Assembly: GCF_009914755.1 (NCBI RefSeq)
Contig: NC_060927.1
Length of the DNA stretch: 64,000 nt
Origin: the human T2T-CHM13v2.0 reference genome, Homo sapiens
Reading direction: 5' to 3' (one strand)
Under the pieces are notes generated by a model, which saw only the letters and a list, made by a program, of their open reading frames with translations, had not been told where the DNA came from and ran no database searches. The translations under genes were made by a program, and so were the position numbers. Below are positions 14,101-64,000 of the stretch, one piece after another; position 1 is the first letter of the stretch; every line of letters starts with the position of its first letter.

Positions 14101-15801
14101 CTCTGGGCTGCCGAGGGCTGGGTGCTGTGCTGTGTAAAAGGCCGTATGGACGGGGCTTCTGTGTCCCCTGAGTCAGGCACTGCACCCTTATGCTCCCCTC
14201 AGGGGCCACACCACCTGCAGTGGTCCCTGGAGAGCAGAGGAAAGGTCCCCCTGGGCCAGATGGGGGCAACTGGTGGGCATCCTGCCCACCGACTGGTTGG
14301 GGGGCCTGGCTCTGCAGGAACGGAGGGGGGGCGGGCCAGGGGCTTTCCCTCCAGGTGTGGTAACAGATCAAAGAACATCTACCCCAAACCAGACCGGACT
14401 CAGCACACACCTTACCCAGGGCTCCAAAGACACCAGAATGGGGAGTAGAGAGGGAAAGAGACCAACAGAGACAGAGAGAGGGAGAGATTCAGAGCAAGGC
14501 GGGGTGGGGTGCGGAGGAGAGGAGGAGAGACCCCGGCCCTTCGCACCTCACAGACCGCTCGGGCTAACTTGGCCCCACCCCCACCATCCACCCTCCAACC
14601 CCACCCCCACCCGCCCCCAGGGCTGAGCAGAGACCTCTGGGACATGGTCACGCACACACAGAACCTGTCCCAGAAGGCAGGACCCCGTCCCTGCCCCAGC
14701 TTCCGGCTGGCAGGGCTGTGTCAATGACTTCTGGCCAAGCGACACCAGGAAATGGCTTTCTGTGGGGTCAGGTGGCTCCTCAGTGCCTTTTCCCGGCTTT
14801 TCATGTAAAATCATGGCAGGCAGCATCGGGAAGTGTCCCACACCCCTACAAGCTCAGGGGGTGGCCACCTTTACCCACAGAGCCAAAACGTGGGCGCAGG
14901 CTCCCCTCTGCAGTGGACGCGCTGAGGGCACACCCAGGCCCCGGCCCCCTCAGCGGCATCAGAGCAGCACACAGGGCCCGGTGAGGGTGGCCTCCACCCC
15001 TCCACCACACCAGGCATGGCTCGGAGCCAGGCCGGAGGGAGGGCGTCAGCTCTGCAATGCATCCAGTAGTTTCCACCCTTGGCTGTGAAGAGCGGCGTTT
15101 CCTGACAGAAGTTTCTAGCACATGTGTGCTGGCGAGGATGCGGTCGTCTACTTGCTGGGCACACACTGTGCCAGGCTGAGTGGAGGCCCCCAAAGATGTG
15201 CAGCCCCGCAAACCTGTGAGTGCCGCCTCAGATGGCAACATGATGACAGGTCTGGAGCGGGGAGAGTCTCCCGGGTCACCCACCTGCACCCTGTGCTGGG
15301 CCAGGTAGTGCCCCCCACCCCACCAAGATTCACATCCCTTCTCCGGGGAAGACGTGCGCGATGTGACAGCCCGTGAGTCCGTCCATTCCGGGGACACTAT
15401 GGGGGTCACTGCGGGGGGCGGGCAAACAGAGGTGCTTCAGCCAACACAAACAAGCTAATTGAGTTTTTCTGTTTGTTTGGTTTTGAGCGAAAACGTGAAC
15501 ATTTTGTCCAGCTGCTTTTTAGATTCGAGAGCAGGAGCAGCCAGCACTGCTGAGGCAGTCACACGTATACAGCTTCACGGAGCAAGCACCCAGCCAGGGC
15601 CTTGCTGACTGTGGCTGCTAATAAAACAGCAGCAATTTAGTTTCATAAAATTGCTAATAGTTTTCTTAAAATGCCATTGCACTTAAGCATACACAGGGAC
15701 ACCCCCATCGTCTCTGCTCTCCAGCGGGAGGATATGAAGCTGGAGACTGGAGACTGGCCAGGGACAGAGGCAACTACTCCCTGAAATGATGTCACCCTGT
15801 G

Positions 15802-15904
15802 CAAGCACCTTCCCCAGGCCAGGCCAGGCCTCAACACCCCCAAGCACCTTCCCCAGGCCAGGCCAGGCCTCAACACCCCCAAGCACCTTCCCCAGGCCAG
15901 GCCA
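15802..15904 (+). repeat. 39-bp tandem repeat, ~2.6 copies
   Basis: caagcaccttccccaggccaggcca starts at 15802, 15841 and 15880. Confidence 0.9.
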
Positions 15905-16089
15905 CACACCCAGGGTCCAGGAGGCGGGAGTGGCAGTCTCATCACCATGCTGGAACAAGCAAGTGCCAGCCCATCTTTTCACTCATTGTCTTATTTCCTC
16001 AAGGTCCAAATTCTAGGGAATGAATTCAGACAATCCAGCTTGATCCATATGCCCAACCCTTGGTGATAGGTTTTAACAAAACAATTGTT

Positions 16090-16439
16090 GGCCAGACAAG
16101 CGGCTCACACCTGTAATCCCAGCACTTTGGGAGGCTGAGGTGGGCAGATCACCTGAGGTCAGGAGTTCAAGACCATCCTGGCCAACATGGTGAAATCCCA
16201 TCTCCATCACCTGAGGTCAGGAGTTCAAGACCATCCTGGCCAACATGGTGAAATCCCATCTCCACTAAAAATACAAAAATTAGCCGGGTGTGATGGCGTG
16301 CACCTGGGGTCCCAGCTACTCAGGAAGGTGAGGCACGAGAATCACTTGAACCCAGGAGGCGGAGGCTGCAGTGAGCCAAGATTGCTCCACTGTACTCCAG
16401 CCTGGGTGACAGAGCAAGACTGTGTTTCAAAAAAAAAAA
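16090..16439 (+). mobile_element. AluS with internal 58-bp tandem duplication
   Basis: Alu consensus; 16148-16205 is repeated at 16206-16263. Confidence 0.93.
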
Positions 16440-17449
16440 GTTTCTGATAAAGTGTTTCTGGGGAAAAATGCTATCTAAGGAGTAAAGAGAGGGCTTACTC
16501 TGTTCTCTGAGACTCGTGAGTTGACTGGGCACATTGTGGAAAGAATGCAGGCTAGGTAAATATTTGTTTGGCTGGTCACCTCTGCCTTTTCGGTTGTAAG
16601 ACTTTACTTGTACTTGGGTTTGAAGAAGGGTGGCCATGGCCAGTACATGCTACTGAAGGAGTGACTCTGCTTACAGGTGCTTATGGCGGGAGCTCCAGGC
16701 CAGTCCATTAGTGCTGTTTGTAGTGTTTGGAATAGTCTGGGAACCTTCTGCAAAAGTGTTCAGGTGGCCATTGGCTGAACCTTCCACTCTAAAACCTGAC
16801 CTTCAAGAAGGCTTTTCCTGAGTCCTATGAGCCCTCTGCCTCCTACTCTTACTCCTGCCCCAGCCTCCCCGGAGACCCTGATGAGTATGAGCCTACCTTG
16901 GAAGCCACAGTTCCTCCAGGACTAAGGTAATGCTGAGAACCCTACAAATCAGGGACGAAAACCAAGGTCGCGAAGCCTGGATTTTCAGGTTTTATAGAAA
17001 TTCTTAGGTGCCTTCTCCCTGTGTGCTGTCAGGGCATTGGGGCTGACAGAGGCACCCATTTGCAGCAGAACTGGGGTGAGGCTGAGGGGATCAGAAAGGG
17101 AGGAGCAAGGGGTATTTTCTGGGTCAACACAGGCCAGCTTATCTTGTGCAGAAGGATGTCTCAGGGGTATTTTAAAGCAGCCTTTATCTTGACTACCCTT
17201 CAATACAGATATACTTTTGTACATTCCCTCTGTATTTCAAGGAAAAGAATCTCTAAAATTAACTCTTTAATTTATGGAAAATGACTCATTTACAGCTAAT
17301 TCAGTAAGCAGATAAGAGGAAAAAATACTCCACAATGCCACCATTCTAACAGAACCACACTAATTTTTACGTATGTTTTCCTTATGTATTTTTTCTAACC
17401 ATATTTTTGCATAACTGTAATTATGATGTACATATGCTTTTTATATAGG

Positions 17450-18180
17450 TAAACTTCTTAATCTGGAATAATTTTAGATCCACAGTAAAGTTGCAAAGAT
17501 AGTACAAATTCGTCACATAGCCCTCACCCGATTTCAGCTCTCCCTAATGTTACCATCTTACATTACTGTAGTACTGGACATTTCCCAAAACTAAGGAACC
17601 AACATTGGTATGTTACTTTTAACTAAACTCCAAATTGTATTCAGATTTTGCCAGTTTTTTCACTAATATCCTTTCTCCATTTCGGGATCCCACCCGGGAT
17701 CCCACATGGCATTCAGTCATCGTATCTGCTTAGTCTCCTCTCGTCCGTGACGGCATCTCTTTCCTTGTTTTCGAGACCTTGGCAATTTTGAGTAGGGTCA
17801 AGTGTTTTGTAGAAAGTTCCTCGAATTTTGCTCCTGTGTTTATGTTGTTTGTTGTTTTTCTCATGATTAGACTGAGGTTATGGGTTTCTGAATGAATGTC
17901 AGGGAAGATGTACCCCTTTCATTGTATTAGTAGGTACATGACATCCAATGACATCTTTGGAGATGTTAACGTTGATTACTTGGTTAAGGTCGTGTTAGCT
18001 CTCTCTACTCTAAAGTTGCTATTTTCCTCTTTCTATATCCTTTTATTTAAAAAAGTGAATCACTAATTCCAGTCCACCCTCAATGGGAGAAGGAATTAAA
18101 CTCCACCTCCTGGGAGAATTTACGTATTTTGTTTAGAATTCTTCTGTGAGAATTTATTTATTTGGTCATTTATTTATGTA
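17450..18180 (-). mobile_element. Old L1 (L1MC/MD-like) 3' fragment
   Basis: ggaataattttagat..cacagtaaagttgcaaagatagtac and following sequence typical of an antisense L1M 3'UTR. Confidence 0.6.
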
Positions 18181-18207
18181 TGTATGGACTAATAAATATA
18201 TATTTGA

Positions 18208-18572
<365 letters not shown>

Positions 18573-19333
18573 TCACTATCATAATTTTTATAACTGTCAT
18601 TTTGATGGTTGCATCAATTTTTTTATTTTCCATTAACTTTTTACTTTCATAAATTATGCTGCAGTAAACATCTTTAAACAATATTCTGTGATTCTTTGTA
18701 CTCTCAGCTCTGGCATGGTGTCTGGAACACGGAGGCATCTATAGATGTTTGGGATTGACGGATGATTGAATGAATAAATAAATGCTGGGCTGCCATTGTG
18801 AATCAATGGTCCTTGTTTTCCTCTTCAACAGTCTTTCCAATTTTGGAATATGATCATCTAAAATCTAAGTTAAATGTTGAGAACAGAAGTTTGGGAACTT
18901 ACTGGAAATCAAGCTTTGGCTTCCTGTGAACTACACCAGTTTGTAACAATGAACAAAAGGGCCTTAGAACAAAGTGAAGGTTTTGTACTGTAAGCTATTT
19001 TCCTATCTCTAGTTGAAAAACATTTGAACATTTTATCAACTTCAGCAGTCTTTCACATGGCTTTTTCATTCTCCTCTCAGTTTAATTTGTAAATATGAAG
19101 ATTTTTAAATATGTAGGGTGTGTTTACAGCATATAAATATCATCTTATCTCCTGGTTTAGTCCCTGGCAAGGAAAGAGCTGGCAGTTTAATAATAAAGTG
19201 ACTGAAGGACATTTGGGATGTGTGTCCTCTGATGATGACTGCTGGACAAACACAACAGGAGCAGTTGCAGACAAAGTAGCTGAGGGAGAAGACAGGAGAT
19301 GAGGACACGCTCACTACTGCAGAGACTTGGTGA

Positions 19334-19698
<365 letters not shown>

Positions 19699-20386
19699 TC
19701 CTCATCCCACAAGGTGCTTCTAATCATTGTTCCACTGAGGCGCAGGGAGGAAAATAATGTATGATCAAGAACACCTGAATTTGTGTGCTAGTGGCAGAAA
19801 AGTAATGAGAGATTTATTTTAGAGGAAAACATCCACAGAACTTGATGACAGGGAGTAGGAATGAGACGATGCGTGATGAGCTCAGTGTGCCACTTACAGA
19901 GGAAGTTGAAGACAATTAATTTTCAAACCTGGGTGACTAATGGTTAGGTTTTTGGAAATACGGAATTTATGCTGGTTTTAGACACACTGGTTGGAGATGA
20001 CAAGGGGACATTTAAGGGGAAATGTTGAGAGAGTTGCAGCGTAGAGCTGGAGCTCCAGTGGGCCAGGAGCAGAAGAGAAAGATGCTAGCTGCTCACAGAA
20101 GTGGGAACTGAAGCATCTAAGGCAAGTCAGATGTTGCGGAGAGGAAGACACCTCATTTTAAGTGACAGTTACACCATGCACCAGAAACCCAGAGAAGTGA
20201 AGTGGTTCGCTCGAGGTCTCATGGCAAGTTAGAGACACAGCCACTCCACCTCACTTTCCTTGATGTGTGTGGTCCAGTTTGCTTTACATTATAACACAGA
20301 AACCTTCTCAATGTTCAGATATACCTGCTTTACAGTGGACACATGCCATTTCTTGACAGTCAAGGCAGGCTGACGAAAGACAGAAT

Positions 20387-20405
20387 TTTATTTCCTTAGT
20401 TTATT
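20387..20405 (-). terminator. RUBCN: Tandem AATAAA polyadenylation signals (candidate RUBCN 3' end)
   Basis: Two tttatt on plus (20387-20392, 20400-20405), followed on minus by U/GU-rich ttctgtcttt. Confidence 0.55.
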
Positions 20406-20999
20406 AAAGATGACAATGAACTGCCAGGCTGCACAAGCACCACAGCAGGTGGAAACGCAGTTCAGAGCACGGGCGGCACACACGGAACATCTCTACTAAG
20501 ACTCGCACTCCTTTTATGTTAGTTCAACGAAAGCTCTAAATCCTTGGCAGAGAACGTCAAAAACAGCCTCATTTAAGTGGAAAATATTTGTCTTCCACTC
20601 TTCTGCTATGTCTTGAATCTTGTCTCCACCTGGTAAGCAAACTATGTTTTTTTTCTTTCCCTTTACTTACAGAAAGAACACTATCACCTGCCTTCATTTA
20701 GAAGGAATTCTCTTCAGTGCATTCAAAGCTTCTCCCCGCAACAGCAGGGGATTTTCAGATAGTGGTAACTTGCAAAGTGCTTCCAAAACATCCCATCCTC
20801 TACCCACTTCCCCCCTCTTGAATAAATAACTGGGTATTTGGAAGGTGAGGACGGCATCGTGTCAGAGTCACTAAAACAGACGCACGATCTAAAGGGATGG
20901 GGTGCGGTTGAGGGAGCTAGGGAAAAATAAGTGACAAGTGAGGAGCCTATGAGACTGTTGAGTTCGGCTTCAGAAGCTGTCAGCATTGTCATCCTTTGA

Positions 21000-21378
<379 letters not shown>

Positions 21379-22018
21379 GGATGTGTAATTTAAACCAAAA
21401 CTGGAAGTAGAGCTCATTTTTATAAACTCCTGGGTCTGAATCTGGGACCTAACCCCTAGTTAAACTTGAGTTCTGTGGGGTCATTCTTAAAGCTCCCTGA
21501 AGGACCTGGGCACTTCTAGTCACAGCCCTTCAGAACTTCTGGGACTTGGCTTTTTGAGTCTCACTATGAACAGAAGGGAGAACAGCCTCAGGGTCTTCTA
21601 GCCCTACATGGCTTTCAGATCCCAACTTTGAGGCAGAGGAATCAAGGGCAGGGGCCAGTTCCCACATGTTCCCTCTCACGCTGGTGGAGCCTCAGCCCTG
21701 GCCATCACCTTAATGCCTCTCCCACTTCCCTGGGAGACTCCTTCTTACCGCCAGCTCAAGCTCTCATCAGCTTCCACCAACCACAGGCAACTTTCCGCTC
21801 AGCTTCCGGGGCAGCACCCACGCCCATTTCTTTCCTACCAGCAAGCAACTATGAGAAGACATGCCCATGGGCAGAATTCAATCCCAGAACAAAAATGATG
21901 CAGGCTTTAGTTCACAGAGCTGCCAGCTCTTGGAGAAGCCACTCTGACCAGTGTTTTCACAGAGGTTAGAAGCTGCATCAACTTAAGGAACATCACAAAC
22001 ACACACATGGCCCCACCC

Positions 22019-22159
22019 AAGGACTTCACTGTCAACACACACATTAACGGGGGGGAAGGGGGAGGCAGCACACCAAAATCAGCATTATCAAAAGGACTTC
22101 ACCATCAACACACATTAACGGGGGGAGGGGGGCAGCACACTAAAATCAGCATTATCAAA
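22019..22159 (+). repeat. ~70-bp imperfect tandem duplication in the 3'UTR
   Basis: aaggacttcac..tcaacacacattaacggggg...gcagcacac.aaaatcagcattatcaaa occurs twice. Confidence 0.9.
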
Positions 22160-22882
22160 TGAACAGATAAACATTACCAGGCTACACAGAGTTAAGTGCA
22201 TAATTGGCATAAAGGCTCTTGTTATCCCAAGAACACAGGGACATTCACACTCACATCCACAAACCGTCAAGTTCTGTAACAGCACTAATAGCAGGAAGCT
22301 TTTCTCCAACTTTGACCAAAGAAGCTAAGGCAAGAGAGACTCGGCCACCAGGGAAGGACCCAGCTCTGCTGCAGGAAGGGGAGAGAACGGAGTCGGGTTG
22401 TACTTTTACTCAGAAGCACAACGACCATCTAACAGAGGACAGAGTCATCAGGGACACGCTAAGAAGATGGTGGGTGAGGTTCCTGTCCTCACCTTAGGAT
22501 GGCATCAGGGACCTGCCTGAGCTTCAAAGATCACACCTGCACCAAAAAGCCAGGTTAACTAAGAGACCTTAACACCAAGAGGGGGCCGACCGCTCCTCTG
22601 AGTAAGCGCTCCTTCAGCGACAGAGCTGGCGCCTCACGTATGCTTGCGGCGTAAGGCTACAGGTGAGCCTGGCCTGAGCATCAGTTCTGTTCTTTGCTTC
22701 AAGATCACCAAGGTAGATGAAGAAAGTCAGCTTGTGGCATCCTCTATGCTTCAAATATTTCAAACAGGAACTCCCGGCAACATAGGGACATTCACAGCTG
22801 CCTCTGAGGTCTCTGAGGAGTCTAGGATAGTCAGGATTGTTCTGTGGCCCCCAAAATACCCAAATAAGTGGACGAAATGCCC

Positions 22883-22963
22883 ATGACGTAGTCCTATTCT
22901 CTGCTGCTTCTCCTCGGGGCACAGTCTGACCCCAGTCCAGGACAGGGAGAGGGAAAACGCCAT
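22883..22963 (-). ncRNA. MIR922: pre-miR-922 (mature ~22907-22885)
   Basis: Minus strand contains GCAGCAGAGAAUAGGACUACGUC, which I recognise as miR-922, in an 81-nt AUGGCGU...ACGUCAU precursor whose ends can pair. Confidence 0.85.
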
Positions 22964-23404
22964 CCCCGTTTCAGCAGCAGGAGAGGTGGTTGAGAAAGGC
23001 CTGGCTCAGAAGCTCCAGAACTGAAACAAAGGAAAATTGGAAATGATACCTGACATGCAGGTGAAACCTAGAGGAGAAGGCCACAGACGCTGGAAGAACT
23101 TGGTCTTGCTGTCTCTTCCACTGACAGAGGTACTAGAAGCTTCACTGAAGGACCCGCATGTCAGTTCTGATGGAAACACCTGGTGTTTACAAATTATCTG
23201 TCACCACAGACTCTGGACCCATCAACCTGCCGACGGCTGACTGCACACAGACGTCAGACAAGTCAGTAAAAAAAAAAAAAAATGATGATGATAATTAAAA
23301 AAAAAAAAAAAAAAGAAGCCCCAGGTGGGGCGAGTCCTTCAAAGAGTGGCTCAGTTCTGCAACAGGTGTGACCCGGCCCGGAGGGAGGGCTGCACGTGCT
23401 TTCT

Positions 23405-53567
<30,163 letters not shown>

Positions 53568-53714
53568 CTGCAAAGGGAACACACACAATGAGCAAATCAC
53601 GACCATTCTGGACCAGATCTAGTTCTAGGGTTGGCATTCAAAGACAGGAAAAGGACCACAACCTTCCCTTGCCTCATCAAAGGTTCTTAGCAGCAATCAA
53701 AGGATACACACAGA

Positions 53715-63704
<9,990 letters not shown>

Positions 63705-64000
63705 TTATATTTTAAAAATTTAAGCTACAATCAAACTACCATTCATAAGCGTCAACCAGGTATCTATAAAGTAAAACTCAAAGGGTATTCTAAATATGAC
63801 AATATTTTATAAATAGTTCTCGGATTGTCCTAGGATGCTAGGAGGAAAATTTAATGAGTCATTGTGTCCTCCTCCTCTTCCTCCTCATCATAGCACATAC
63901 TAGGAGAGCTCTTCCTATTCTCTTAATGCTTTACATACCACACCAACCCTAGAGGTAGACAGATGCTACCTCATTTCACTGGTGAGGAAACTAAGGCACA

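Overview
Primate (most likely human, 3q29) genomic DNA. About 17-64 kb is the minus-strand gene RUBCN (Rubicon/KIAA0226). I reconstructed 18 GT-AG coding exons (53567 down to TGA at 23405) that splice into one 2700-nt open frame (899 aa + stop) covering the RUN domain, Ser-rich region, coiled coil and Cys-rich RH domain. The first coding exons lie beyond the window end; exon numbers 3-20 are from my recollection of the 20-exon model. There are also two in-frame cassette exons (45 and 75 nt), a read-through/intronic polyA candidate after exon 7, a long 3'UTR hosting MIR922, and a ~3-kb minisatellite in intron 16. The first ~15 kb is GC-rich, segmental-duplication-like DNA with an unprocessed, disabled copy of PDCD6 exons 1-2 and its CpG-island promoter, an inverted repeat whose one arm carries a 9x60-bp VNTR, nested MaLR LTRs and a second CpG island. 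About 30 Alus plus L1, MIR, MER and LTR relics are present. I found no support for a new multi-gene system, and most ORF-track entries are GC-rich, Alu or VNTR artefacts. The most unusual signals are structural: a splice-dead duplicate of exon 14, a 5x array of Alu A+B-box units, higher-order structure in the intronic VNTR, and many 35-90-bp tandem duplications.
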